Virus record (IMG/VR): IMGVR_UViG_3300042305_002533
Location: 66,679 to 130,678 of that record
Length of the DNA stretch: 64,000 nucleotides
Strand: one strand, 5' to 3'
Source of the DNA: a virus
Position 1 is the stretch's first letter; every line of letters starts with the position of its first letter. Shown here piece by piece: positions 48,114-57,384 of this stretch. A program made the translations under genes and the position numbers. Below the pieces are notes generated by a model. It saw only the letters and a list, made by a program, of their open reading frames with translations, made no database searches and was not told where the DNA came from.

Positions 48114-48671
48114 TCAGGTCGCCGCGTTGTAGCAGACGCGGCACATCGGCGCGTACATCTCCGCAGCCCCCAGAACCACCTGTTCCGTTTGCGGCGTACG
48201 TCGATGCGTCATGGTGGCGGTGTCGCTGCAGCAACCTGCGCAAACAGCCGTCAGCTTGATCACCGAATCGGCAATCGCCAAAAGCTGCGGCATCGGGCCA
48301 AAGGGCTGACCTCGGTAGTCCCGGTCAAGCCCGGACACGTAAATTTGCCGATTCTGCCGCAGAAGCGCCTGCACGTGGCCAACAACCTGCACGTCGAAGA
48401 ACTGCGCTTCGTCTATGGCCACCACACGTGTCGCGGCTCGAACACGGTCCAAAAGGCTGACCGGATCGCTGGAATCCACAGCCCAAGCCCCAATGCCCAA
48501 CGACTCAAGGTCCAGGCCTCCGTGAGAACGCACCACGCCGATGCCATTGCGAGTGTCAGATGCTGGCACAAAGACTTGAGTAGGTAGGGCGGCATAGTGG
48601 GCTCGTTTGACCGCACGGATGAGGGACTCGGTTTTGCCCGAAAACATCGGGCCGGTGAAGACAGTGAGCAT
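48114..48671 (-). CDS. tdk: thymidine kinase
   Basis: GPMFSGKT, IDEAQF, GLDRDYRGQPF, LTAVC, YAPMCRVC. Confidence 0.96.
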   Translation of the reverse strand: MLTVFTGPMFSGKTESLIRAVKRAHYAALPTQVFVPASDTRNGIGVVRSHGGLDLESLGIGAWAVDSSDPVSLLDRVRAATRVVAIDEAQFFDVQVVGHVQALLRQNRQIYVSGLDRDYRGQPFGPMPQLLAIADSVIKLTAVCAGCCSDTATMTHRRTPQTEQVVLGAAEMYAPMCRVCYNAAT

Positions 48672-48680
48672 CGCGCAATT

Positions 48681-49442
48681 CTATCGGACTTTAGCCAACT
48701 GGGCTTTCAAGTACGCGCGAATTTGCTCTACGCCTTCCGGGTCGTGGAAAGTGCCTTCACGCCATTGATCCGGAATGACTGTTTTTTCGGAGAGCCCCTT
48801 CAAGATGTGTTTGCCCTGATTGGTGAGCAAATCTATCTGCTCGTCTACCCAGGCATCTGTGGCACCTCGGGGGGCATTCAACAGCTGATGCGGGCCCGTG
48901 TAACGCCCAGCCTCATCGCGGATGTCTCCATACGAGCTAACTCTGAACGCCCGGGGCCCCACTTGCTCTACCTTGTCGGGAAAGGGTTTGTTTTTGACAA
49001 ATTTTGACGTAAACGTAGGTGCTTCGTTCAAAAAAGGTTTGTCAAAATTTTCGTATCGAGGTGTTCCCCAATTTTCGGCTGTAGCGGGTCTATCCCCGGT
49101 GCGGTCTGCTACCCAGTCTTTTCCCGTATTGTCTAACGCTTGGTGGTAAACTACAGAAAAATCTGGAACATTTTTATCCAACTTCCTTTGCGTTTTTGAG
49201 AACTGATACGCGCGGCGTCCGCCGTACAAAGTTCCGAGCCCCGCGCCGATGGCAGCTCCGGCACCAACACGCTTAGCCGTTTGCCCCCAATCGTGAGCGT
49301 CAGCGTCATGTTGCTTGTAGACATCGTACAGCCCGCCGGCCACAGCCCCAGGAATTGCGCCTCGAAGCAGCGGCGTTGTGACAAGTTCCGGCCTTGAGCG
49401 AAGCGCTTCGTAGAAATATTTGAAGGCCTCAGGGGTCGGCAC
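48681..49442 (-). CDS. hypothetical protein with glycine-zipper hairpin
   Basis: GAIPGAVAGG..GAGAAIGAGLG. Confidence 0.65.
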   Translation of the reverse strand: MPTPEAFKYFYEALRSRPELVTTPLLRGAIPGAVAGGLYDVYKQHDADAHDWGQTAKRVGAGAAIGAGLGTLYGGRRAYQFSKTQRKLDKNVPDFSVVYHQALDNTGKDWVADRTGDRPATAENWGTPRYENFDKPFLNEAPTFTSKFVKNKPFPDKVEQVGPRAFRVSSYGDIRDEAGRYTGPHQLLNAPRGATDAWVDEQIDLLTNQGKHILKGLSEKTVIPDQWREGTFHDPEGVEQIRAYLKAQLAKVR

Positions 49443-49659
49443 GGTGGATTACTCCAGGCTCCGGATTCGGATTCGTCGGGTCGATCTGCGCATTGTCCTC
49501 AAACGCCATGTTGACGCCCTGTGCGTCCCGTAGGCGCTGCATGGCGGGGTCAAGCGGCTTGAAGGGCGTACGGCCTCGGGCAACGATTCCCAGGTCCTCT
49601 CCGCTTAGTTTAAATAAACCGTAGGCGTCGAGAACGGCCCGAATGGCGTCAGGGTTCAT
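49429..49659 (-). CDS. small putative virion internal protein
   Basis: Starts with DAIRAVLDAYGLFKLS tag-like motif; AAGGA RBS. Confidence 0.6.
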   Translation of the reverse strand: MNPDAIRAVLDAYGLFKLSGEDLGIVARGRTPFKPLDPAMQRLRDAQGVNMAFEDNAQIDPTNPNPEPGVIHRADP

Positions 49660-50044
49660 CGCTCAGTTCCTTCCGGTCTACGGAAAGATAACGGATCAGC
49701 GCGGCAACCCGAACAAGGAACGCCCGGGCCGCTGTGTAGTCCTTGTTCAGAAGCGCGGCCTGCGCATTTCCGACATCAGCAGACAGCCCCAGCATCAAGT
49801 CGTTGAGCGGCGCCCGTTCCTCCTCGACCATGAAAAGGAGGTGGAGCGCGTGCATCGTGTGGTCAAACTCACGCCCGCGATCAACCGCCCGCGTAACATC
49901 CATCTCGTCGAGATCTCGCGTGCACTCACACTCCGGCATGGGCTCCCCGGTGGCATAACGCGGGTATTCAAGCGGGCTTCCACAACGCTCACACGTTCCA
50001 AAAACAATCGTACTCACTGTTTCACCGGGTGAAAAATCACGCAT
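49649..50044 (-). CDS. hypothetical protein (CxxC..CxC)
   Basis: 131 aa in an overlapping minus-strand cluster. Confidence 0.6.
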   Translation of the reverse strand: MRDFSPGETVSTIVFGTCERCGSPLEYPRYATGEPMPECECTRDLDEMDVTRAVDRGREFDHTMHALHLLFMVEEERAPLNDLMLGLSADVGNAQAALLNKDYTAARAFLVRVAALIRYLSVDRKELSDEP

Positions 50045-50522
50045 GGTGCCGGCGGTGCCGGCGATGGTGATGCGTCGGGGTAGTCGTCATAGGCATGCCT
50101 CCGCCCATCATGGCCTGCTGCGCCATGTACATGGACGGCTGCGTAGCGGTCAGGGCAGGAAACATGTCGGCGCGCCGTGCGGCATCCATTGCGGCTTGTT
50201 GCGCCCGTGACGCGTCGTACGCATCGACCGCCGCCGACAAGCTGGGAAACGCCGACGCAAAAAACTCTGAAGCCTTTTTCGTCTGTAGCACCTGAGCTGC
50301 GGCTTTGGCGATTTCAGGAAGCGCTAATCTTTGGCGGACCTCTGCGTCCAACCACGGTCGCTTCCGGCTATGTGGGTATACCGTTGAAATAACATCAACG
50401 GCAAGCGCTGGATCTACATCGTAAAGCCGACGAAGAACGGCAACCCGCTCCTCAATCCGGCTGCGGGGTTGCAGCTTGTCCAAGTACTTGAACTCGCCAG
50501 GATCAAACGAAAACAAACTCAT
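50037..50522 (-). CDS. hypothetical protein (KxA motifs, His-rich end)
   Basis: ATGA overlap; AKAA and KKAS. Confidence 0.6.
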   Translation of the reverse strand: MSLFSFDPGEFKYLDKLQPRSRIEERVAVLRRLYDVDPALAVDVISTVYPHSRKRPWLDAEVRQRLALPEIAKAAAQVLQTKKASEFFASAFPSLSAAVDAYDASRAQQAAMDAARRADMFPALTATQPSMYMAQQAMMGGGMPMTTTPTHHHRRHRRHHA

Positions 50523-50761
50523 CCCGCAACTCCCTCGTCGTAAAACGTGCCGTGCGAAGACTCCTGCCCTGTGTGGGGGGGCTTCCGGTCGACACGCTTA
50601 AATACCTGCTGCTTATCGTACTCGATCTCGTTCTCGTTTGCGGCGTGATTGAATCGGTACGTGCCGACGTCTTTGTGAACGTTGGTTTGGGGTTCAGCCG
50701 ATTTGAAAAAATAGAAGACGGCCGACGCAGTTTTCAAACGGTAACGGGCCCCTTCACGCAC
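50519..50761 (-). CDS. small hypothetical protein
   Basis: 3' part of the listed ORF; GTG start inferred; LKTA and FKSA motifs. Confidence 0.4.
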   Translation of the reverse strand: MREGARYRLKTASAVFYFFKSAEPQTNVHKDVGTYRFNHAANENEIEYDKQQVFKRVDRKPPHTGQESSHGTFYDEGVAG

Positions 50762-51248
50762 TGTGATTCCTCGCCGTATTTGCGTACCCCGACGCAAGCC
50801 CGCCAAATGCCGCACGCATATTGAGCTGCACTTTAATCCTTTGCGCCAGCTCTTGAAAGCGCTGGCGGTGCCACTCGGACGCCGCTTGATAGAGCTGGTA
50901 CTTGTCGTCGATACCGATGGGCTGAACGTCACCATCCTGCACCGTGGCCTGGTTTCGCAGCTGGCGAATGGCCTCAGAGTTCAGAAGGTGCGCCGTGACG
51001 CCATAGAGCAAGACCACAGGCGGGATCATCGACTCGGTGAAGACGCCGATGATGGGCGGGAGCGCCGTGTAAAAGTTCACGGTGAACTCGATAGCATCCT
51101 GAACGTCTGCGTCCGAGAACTCGACGTTGTCGAGCAGGATGTTGATAACGCCTGTGTCTTTTACCTGACCGGCGTAATCACGCATGAACCGGCGAATCTT
51201 ATCGCGGCTCAGGATCTGTGTAGTGGTGGGGGTTCCGACGACAGGCAT
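50754..51248 (-). CDS. putative head-tail adaptor/neck protein
   Basis: IRRFMRD..EFSDADV..LLYG helical pattern typical of adaptor proteins. Confidence 0.5.
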   Translation of the reverse strand: MPVVGTPTTTQILSRDKIRRFMRDYAGQVKDTGVINILLDNVEFSDADVQDAIEFTVNFYTALPPIIGVFTESMIPPVVLLYGVTAHLLNSEAIRQLRNQATVQDGDVQPIGIDDKYQLYQAASEWHRQRFQELAQRIKVQLNMRAAFGGLASGYANTARNHSA

Positions 51249-51270
51249 ACCCTGAAGGGTAGCCTAAAAA

Positions 51271-52539
51271 TCAGGCGGGCGAGATTGTCGATGCCGGCTC
51301 TGCTAGGTCTTTTTGTTTCTGCGTGGGGTTGAGCACTTCCTGCCCCGCCTGACCCGCCCGGTCGTAAAGATACTTCCCCGCGCGATACGCCCCGTAGGCG
51401 TAAGGCGTGTAGCCGATGGCTCGACCAAGGTGAGATGAAATTGGCTCCTTACTGAGGCCGGCTTGAAAGGCGGCTATGGGGTGCATGGCGGTGAGTGTTG
51501 CCATGTTTACGGCATCGGCCAGCGGCATGCTTATGTTTTCTAATCTAGACGCATGAAGCCGATCCCACAGCTGCCGTAACCGCCCGGGGCCTTCAGCTGA
51601 TTTCTGGAAGCTGTAGTTAGCGACCTTCATCGGCGCTCGATGCGCCGCTATGCTCTCCTGCAGCCGCGTAATAAACCCTGTTCGCGGTTGCTGCGCCAGA
51701 TAGCCCTCAAGCTCGTTCCAGTCCTTGAAATCTTTTCGATCTACCAGCGCCGCTCCCGGAGAGTGCGTATACTCCGGGAACCGCTTCTGGTAATCGTCCA
51801 TCTGCTCGGGCGTCAGGCCGACGAAATACTTGTAGTCGGCCAACCCCTTCTGTCCTGGCAACGTCTTGGTGAACCGCGAAATACCCCCCTTGAGGTCATC
51901 GCCGACGTAGAAGTCTGCCGAATCGCCATCGGGGCTCTTCACCCCAGGGAGATAACCGTAGTCGTATTTCGACTCAACACCGCCAACATTGAACCCCTTG
52001 GGGTACTCAATGTGGAACTCTTTGGGCCCAAACTGGCGGCGATATATCGTAGAGCGGTTCAGCGCCTGCTTCTCCTGGCCGTCCGGAGATTTCACGCCGT
52101 GAACCATTTTACCGAAACGGTCTTTGAGGTAGGGATAACTCGCCACGAGCGCAGCGGTAAGCGCCGCCCGGCCGAGCCCCTTCTTCAAAGGATCCCCAAG
52201 CTCGGACCTCAGAATCCCCATATCCAGACTGGGTTCGGCCGAGAGTACCTTTGCCGCCCTGGCGAGGTCTGGCAGGGCCGTCGAAAATCCGGCAGTGCCC
52301 GCAAGGGCTACGTGCAGCGGGTTGATCGAGGGCGGCTCCTCGGGCACCTCATCGGCCGCAATTTTGAATCGATAGCCGCTCATCTTCGGCATCGGCGGAC
52401 GCATCGAAGTCGCCGCTGACGACGGGGTGGGTACAGGCGGCATCGGCGGAGGCACGTTAGCCCCCGGAGAAGGCCCACCCATCGTCGGCATTCCCATGGG
52501 CTGCGGCATCGAGCCGCCGTTGGTCGCGTGTTTTCTCAT
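51271..52539 (-). CDS. modular KxA-delimited protein containing an InPase-like domain
   Basis: IEYPKG..YDYGYLPGVKSPDGDSADFYVG between EKQA and MKVA (about 51622-52062). Confidence 0.75.
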   Translation of the reverse strand: MRKHATNGGSMPQPMGMPTMGGPSPGANVPPPMPPVPTPSSAATSMRPPMPKMSGYRFKIAADEVPEEPPSINPLHVALAGTAGFSTALPDLARAAKVLSAEPSLDMGILRSELGDPLKKGLGRAALTAALVASYPYLKDRFGKMVHGVKSPDGQEKQALNRSTIYRRQFGPKEFHIEYPKGFNVGGVESKYDYGYLPGVKSPDGDSADFYVGDDLKGGISRFTKTLPGQKGLADYKYFVGLTPEQMDDYQKRFPEYTHSPGAALVDRKDFKDWNELEGYLAQQPRTGFITRLQESIAAHRAPMKVANYSFQKSAEGPGRLRQLWDRLHASRLENISMPLADAVNMATLTAMHPIAAFQAGLSKEPISSHLGRAIGYTPYAYGAYRAGKYLYDRAGQAGQEVLNPTQKQKDLAEPASTISPA

Positions 52540-52542
52540 GGC

Positions 52543-53352
52543 TCAGGGGTACGGGTAGCCCGCCGTCTTGCGAAGATCAAATCGGGCGACGCCTGTGAGG
52601 TTACTGGTGACAGAGACGAGCAGCGCCTGCTGGGGCTGAAGAATGATACCGACATCTGAAAACGAAATGTCAGGCCGTGAGGCCGTGAGGTTATTCCAGA
52701 CGAACACCGGTATTGTTTCGCCGGCGATAACCTCGAGATTTGGATTCAGGTTCGCGCGACTCACGGTCACGGTCTCGGGCCCAACGCCGACACTGTTGAA
52801 AAGGCTCTCGAACTGGAACACCATGATGGGCTCCTGGTTCTCGAAGTAAAAGAACCCGCCGGGCGTCGTAGCCGGAAGCGACCAAATAAACTGATTGGCG
52901 TTTGGGCCACGAAGCGACGCGTTAAATCCCTGGGCGAGGTTGCCAATGGAAAGCGCGCTCTGCGCTGCGACAACCCCGTTGCCGTTACCCTCGTACCAAG
53001 CTGCGATCGGGAGGTTGGCGGAATTAATGGCCGTCGCAACCTCCGCTGCTGTCGCCTGAATTCCCCCGCCAGACGTTCGTCGGAGCGTGACGCGAACCTC
53101 GTTTCCAAGGAGTTGCACCGTCGTCGCCAACACGTTCGTGCCGGCGCCGTTGTCGAACATCGACAGCGTGTAGACGTTGCTGGCGACCCCGTAAAGCTTC
53201 GCGGAAACGCGGACGACGGTGTTTGCCCCCGGCGCGGCTCCAAATGGAAAACGCCCCTTGGCGCGGCCGTACTCAGCCCCAGAAAAAGTCCCTCCGACGC
53301 CAGAGACGGACTGCTGGACCATGAACGACTGACCGGATTGGATCGGGTACAT
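52543..53352 (-). CDS. virion structural protein
   Basis: Beta-rich; VRVTL..ATAAEVATAIN segment shared in style with the sheath insertion. Confidence 0.6.
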   Translation of the reverse strand: MYPIQSGQSFMVQQSVSGVGGTFSGAEYGRAKGRFPFGAAPGANTVVRVSAKLYGVASNVYTLSMFDNGAGTNVLATTVQLLGNEVRVTLRRTSGGGIQATAAEVATAINSANLPIAAWYEGNGNGVVAAQSALSIGNLAQGFNASLRGPNANQFIWSLPATTPGGFFYFENQEPIMVFQFESLFNSVGVGPETVTVSRANLNPNLEVIAGETIPVFVWNNLTASRPDISFSDVGIILQPQQALLVSVTSNLTGVARFDLRKTAGYPYP

Positions 53353-53364
53353 CTCAACCCAATA

Positions 53365-53943
53365 CTAGCGTGGTTTAATACGCTCCGTCGTCGGCCGGAT
53401 CGATTCCGGCGACGTGCTCATTACCGCCGTCATCATCCCCTTGAGCTTGCCCATCTCCTGAAGTAGCTGCTGCTTGAGCAAGTTGTCGTCGCGCATCACT
53501 TGCTCCATTTGATCAAGCTTGGAGAGCAGCTTTGACTCCATGTCCGTCACCTGAGTTTTGATCTCGCGGTGGATGAGGCCGTCGGAGCGCTGAATCTCAT
53601 TGTCAATGATGAGTTTTATACGCTTGGCCTCTTCCTCTACAACAGTCGGCATTCGAAGAAAGTGCTGAAGCACTTTCTCGCGCTCTTCAACGTGTTCACG
53701 ACGATCGTGCCAGTCTCGAATCGAGGCCTGACGTTCTTTCGACCGGGCGTCGACCTGTGAAGGGTCCGAGTACCAGCGCGTGATCTGATCGCGGACCAGG
53801 GGCGCGATGTTTTTCTCCCAATAGCCGCGTGCGATGAGCCCCACCACCACAATCGCTACGCCCGACCCGCTCAGTGCCGCGATGACAAGCCCGCCAACCC
53901 CAGACGAGGGCGCAGCGTCTGCCAAAAGGAGTATAGGATTCAT
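53365..53943 (-). CDS. membrane-anchored coiled-coil protein (possible lysis function)
   Basis: N-terminal hydrophobic helix GGLVIAALSGSGVAIVVVGLIA followed by coiled coil. Confidence 0.6.
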   Translation of the reverse strand: MNPILLLADAAPSSGVGGLVIAALSGSGVAIVVVGLIARGYWEKNIAPLVRDQITRWYSDPSQVDARSKERQASIRDWHDRREHVEEREKVLQHFLRMPTVVEEEAKRIKLIIDNEIQRSDGLIHREIKTQVTDMESKLLSKLDQMEQVMRDDNLLKQQLLQEMGKLKGMMTAVMSTSPESIRPTTERIKPR

Positions 53944-53963
53944 ATCAGTGATATATTAGGCCT

Positions 53964-54350
53964 ATGACGCGCGACGAACTCATCACCCAGCTCGAAAGCT
54001 ACGAAGACGAAATAACCCTGGCCGACGGCTTCGAAGCTGCGTTCATAGGTATCGGCGAACGTTGTGCGTCTGTGCCCGTAGCCATCTACGACTACCAAAA
54101 AGCGGTAGAGATCCTTTGCGTCCGTGACGGCATGGGCGAGGAAGAAGCCGACGAATTTATGCAGTTCAACGTGCTGGGCGCCTACGTAGGCGAAGCCACG
54201 CCGTGGTTTATCACGTGGAAAATTTCACGGCGCGAAACCGCTGAACCGAGAGACCTCGGGGGCGACGTCTCGGACACACCGCTCCAGGTCCTCGGCACGC
54301 CCAGTCCGACGAGCGGCGTCCCAGGAGGCGAGCCCCCGGGAGTGCCGTGA
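53964..54350 (+). CDS. conserved phage hypothetical protein
   Basis: ADGFEAAFIG..YD..DGM..EEADEF..FNVLGAYVGEATP pattern recognised from phage small proteins. Confidence 0.65.
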   Translation: MTRDELITQLESYEDEITLADGFEAAFIGIGERCASVPVAIYDYQKAVEILCVRDGMGEEEADEFMQFNVLGAYVGEATPWFITWKISRRETAEPRDLGGDVSDTPLQVLGTPSPTSGVPGGEPPGVP

Positions 54351-54680
54351 GAGCAGATCGGCAGGATCGGCAACCAGCCGAAGGATCAACTCGCTCAAAA
54401 GCCCAAGAATCGCGCCCGACGCCGCCAAAGGCAGCGCCGAGTTTGGTGCGACGTCTTGAAACGCGAGCCCAGTACCCGTCAATATCGCGCCCGATCCCAA
54501 AAGAACCGGGCGGGCGACGCCGGAGACTTCAGCAGCGCGCACGTGGCGGTTGAGCCGCGCCGCACAACGAAAAGCGGGCTCGTGCAACGGCTGCTGAAAC
54601 GTCGCGCGAATCTGCCCGTCGGTGATGAGCTCAGGGAGCGGAGCGCAGCCGAGGAAGAGAAGGAGGGGGAAAGCTCTCAT
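54225..54680 (-). CDS. putative lipoprotein with two hydrophobic segments
   Basis: MRAFPLLLFLG|C lipobox; ATGA overlap with the peptidase stop. Confidence 0.6.
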   Translation of the reverse strand: MRAFPLLLFLGCAPLPELITDGQIRATFQQPLHEPAFRCAARLNRHVRAAEVSGVARPVLLGSGAILTGTGLAFQDVAPNSALPLAASGAILGLLSELILRLVADPADLLSRHSRGLASWDAARRTGRAEDLERCVRDVAPEVSRFSGFAP

Positions 54681-55420
54681 GCCCGACGAACAACCCTCAA
54701 CGCATGAAGCTCGCCGCACCGCTCGATGCCAAGCCACGCGGAGTCGATCCACACTTCCCCGCCGTTGCCCCACGCCGGCCCCCAGGAGTTGCGCACGCGG
54801 AACTGCAATCCGTTGTCGTCGCGTTGGTAGCCGACGAGGCACACGGCGTGGCCGCCGCGCACATCGCCTTCTGGCGCCGGGATAACCTCCTCGGGGCGGT
54901 TCCACTGATCGGTAATCCGAAGGCCAACCACTACAGGATGCCCACAGAGAATCTCCCAGACCACGGTTGTCAGGTCGTGCGCCACGGGCTCCGCGTTGAT
55001 GAGGCGCGGAGCAGTTTCGCTCAAAGGTAGCGGCGGCATCGTGTACGTCGCGTCAAAGACGTCCGACGGCTCTCGGGTTTCGGTCTCCCAGCCTTTGCGC
55101 AGCGCCTCGATGCCGTCCGCGATAATGCCGCCAGAGTCTTCGCCGACCGTTCCAATCGCTTGACGCACACGGCGATAGAGCGCCGTGCGATCAGGGCGAT
55201 CCTGAGGAAGACTCTGCCGCTCCGAAAGGATTTCGATGGCGAAAGCGAGCGACTGGGCGACGCAGCTTCCGACCGCGCCCTGGTCATACACGGTCTGCGG
55301 AATGTGCAGGCGGACGTGCTTGGCAAAGCCATCAAGCTGCCGGCCCGAGCGCATGGTGTAGCCCTTGTGCGGGGCGCGGCCATAACGCTCCGGAGGGGAC
55401 CAACCAAGCGGGCGGTTCAT
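54677..55420 (-). CDS. papain-like cysteine peptidase (C1)
   Basis: DQGAVGSC, GGHAV, RNSWG. Confidence 0.92.
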   Translation of the reverse strand: MNRPLGWSPPERYGRAPHKGYTMRSGRQLDGFAKHVRLHIPQTVYDQGAVGSCVAQSLAFAIEILSERQSLPQDRPDRTALYRRVRQAIGTVGEDSGGIIADGIEALRKGWETETREPSDVFDATYTMPPLPLSETAPRLINAEPVAHDLTTVVWEILCGHPVVVGLRITDQWNRPEEVIPAPEGDVRGGHAVCLVGYQRDDNGLQFRVRNSWGPAWGNGGEVWIDSAWLGIERCGELHALRVVRRA

Positions 55421-55989
55421 TGAACGCCACCGTCAGCGGGGTGGAGGTCGTTGAGAACCGGGGAAAGCGGGCGCCGCTCACCGAGCGTGCGAAGTTCGTC
55501 GTTGGCGTGCTGCCCGGCGCTTGACCAGCCGGCGTCCGACGGACAAGCAGGGACCAGAAGGTCGATCACGCTCCCGAGCGAGTCCACGACGCCGCCGAGC
55601 GTGTTGCCAATGGCGATGCCGTTGTCCGCGAGCACGCGCGCGAGCCCAAGAAGCGTGCGCTGCACACCCCCAGCAGCCGCATTGGCGAGACACTGCTCAC
55701 CGCCACGCTGCTCGTAGACGTCGATGGCGGACTGAAGCTCTCGGGCCGCGTCCGTTACGGCGTTAAGGGCGCGAGCGACCTGCGTCTTGGCCGGATCCGA
55801 AAGAAGGCTATTGGTAATGAGCTTCGCCGCCGGCACCGCCCAACGGATCGTCTGAAGCGCTTGCCGCGCCGTGAAGGTCCAGCCTGAAGGCGTTACCGCC
55901 GGGCCGCCGTCAACGGGCGGGTGGGGACCCGGGCAACCAACGAAAAGGGCGCCGCCAAGGGCGAGCGCGAGAAGGCTTTTACGCAGCAT
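55417..55989 (-). CDS. putative lipoprotein
   Basis: AGGAG RBS; MLRKSLLALALGGALFVG|C lipobox. Confidence 0.72.
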   Translation of the reverse strand: MLRKSLLALALGGALFVGCPGPHPPVDGGPAVTPSGWTFTARQALQTIRWAVPAAKLITNSLLSDPAKTQVARALNAVTDAARELQSAIDVYEQRGGEQCLANAAAGGVQRTLLGLARVLADNGIAIGNTLGGVVDSLGSVIDLLVPACPSDAGWSSAGQHANDELRTLGERRPLSPVLNDLHPADGGVQ

Positions 55990-56214
55990 AGGGCTCCTAG
56001 TTGGCGAGACGCACGCGCGTCTCCGGTTCGAGCAAAGATCCTGTCGCCTCCAGAGGCTCGTCGGCTTCCCGGATCTGCCCGAGGTCGCGCGCGACGATGG
56101 CAACGGAGACGGCGCAGGCTGCCGCAAGTTCGTCGACTCGACAACCCTTGGGGCTGGATTCGAGAATTCGCAGAAGCTTGACGACACGCGCGCCTGGGCG
56201 CGGAGAGGCAGATT

Positions 56215-56397
56215 TCACGCCGTGACAATCCTTTCTACCACCGCACCAGCCGGAATGCTTCCGATGCTCGTCGCGCTTCCGCGTGTGCCGTCTGTACGAC
56301 GGAAGTAGTAGGTGGTGATGGCGCCGAGCGGAACGCTCACGGAAGAAACGATGGGGTACGAAAACTGAGGGATGATCGCTGAGGGAAAGACAGCCAT
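56215..56397 (-). CDS. small hypothetical protein
   Basis: Same GAGGTAGATCATGGC leader as the upstream gene; 60 aa. Confidence 0.55.
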   Translation of the reverse strand: MAVFPSAIIPQFSYPIVSSVSVPLGAITTYYFRRTDGTRGSATSIGSIPAGAVVERIVTA

Positions 56398-56405
56398 GAT
56401 CTACC

Positions 56406-57374
56406 TCACGCGGTGAGCGGAGAGCCGTCATTGAGCACAGCCACGGTCCAGAACGCGGCGTGCGATAGCGCCGACCCCACGGTGAGGCCGACGATGGGCG
56501 TGCGCCCGGGCTGAATCAGCGAGAAGAGGGTCGAAGTTCCTATGAGCCCCGGGGCCCCGCTTTGATAGGCCCACCGAGGCGTGATAATCACGTCTTGGCC
56601 GCTCTGATCTACAGTTGTTGACCCTGCCAGCCCCCCGGGATTCTCTAGCAACGCCGCCGTCCAAACGGCAGACGGAGTTCCTAAGCCCCTCCATGCGTTT
56701 GAGTACGAGCTTCCCACCATATTGGCGTCCGATGAGTTACTCCCCGATCCGACAATTCCCAGCGCGATGGGGTCTGGGTTGGCGGGCCAGATTGGCGACG
56801 TGAGTTGATCAGAGAATATCGCGCAGTAAAACCCGAAGTTCCCTGATGGGAGCGGCGTCCTTCGCGTAATCAACGCAAACGACGCGGTGGCGTCGTCCAC
56901 GAGAATGTGGCACTTCATCGCGTCGGGTACGAAGGTCGCCCCGGTGCCAGATCCCGGAGCGACTTGGCGCGGAAAGGCTACGGAGTTCCCAACGGACTGA
57001 GACCCGCTCGTCGAGGTAGTCGTCACTCGGTCTGGTGTGGTGCCGTCCCCCGTGGTCACGGACCCCGCTGCGGCGTACTCAAAACGCCAGCTAGAAAGGT
57101 CGGGGTTGGCGAAGGCTCCGCTTCTCCGAAGGCTCCAGACGCGCGTGCCGCGTCGCCACGCAACCCACGAGTCGGGAGCGTCGTCGAGCGCCTCCGCGAG
57201 CGCCGTTGCTGAAGCAGGAGTCCCCGGAAACGTTGTAGCTCGCGCTCCTCCCGTTCCGGTGCCGTAGGCGAGGAACGTGAAACCGTTAGAGAGTTGCGTC
57301 AGTCGAAAGACCAGTTGAGCAACGGCTTGCGCCCCGTTTGCCGCCGCTATATCTCGATAGACTTGAATTGCCAT
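56406..57374 (-). CDS. virion structural protein, paralogue B
   Basis: Colinear with 57385..58317 (MAIQVYRD, MKCHIL, SFALITRRTP, HAAFWTVAVLNDGSPLT). Confidence 0.75.
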   Translation of the reverse strand: MAIQVYRDIAAANGAQAVAQLVFRLTQLSNGFTFLAYGTGTGGARATTFPGTPASATALAEALDDAPDSWVAWRRGTRVWSLRRSGAFANPDLSSWRFEYAAAGSVTTGDGTTPDRVTTTSTSGSQSVGNSVAFPRQVAPGSGTGATFVPDAMKCHILVDDATASFALITRRTPLPSGNFGFYCAIFSDQLTSPIWPANPDPIALGIVGSGSNSSDANMVGSSYSNAWRGLGTPSAVWTAALLENPGGLAGSTTVDQSGQDVIITPRWAYQSGAPGLIGTSTLFSLIQPGRTPIVGLTVGSALSHAAFWTVAVLNDGSPLTA

Positions 57375-57384
57375 GATCTACCTC

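Noticed and set aside
55990-56214. Possible ncRNA or tRNA in the gene-free gap
   Set aside because: No cloverleaf, T-loop or convincing long stem seen by eye.
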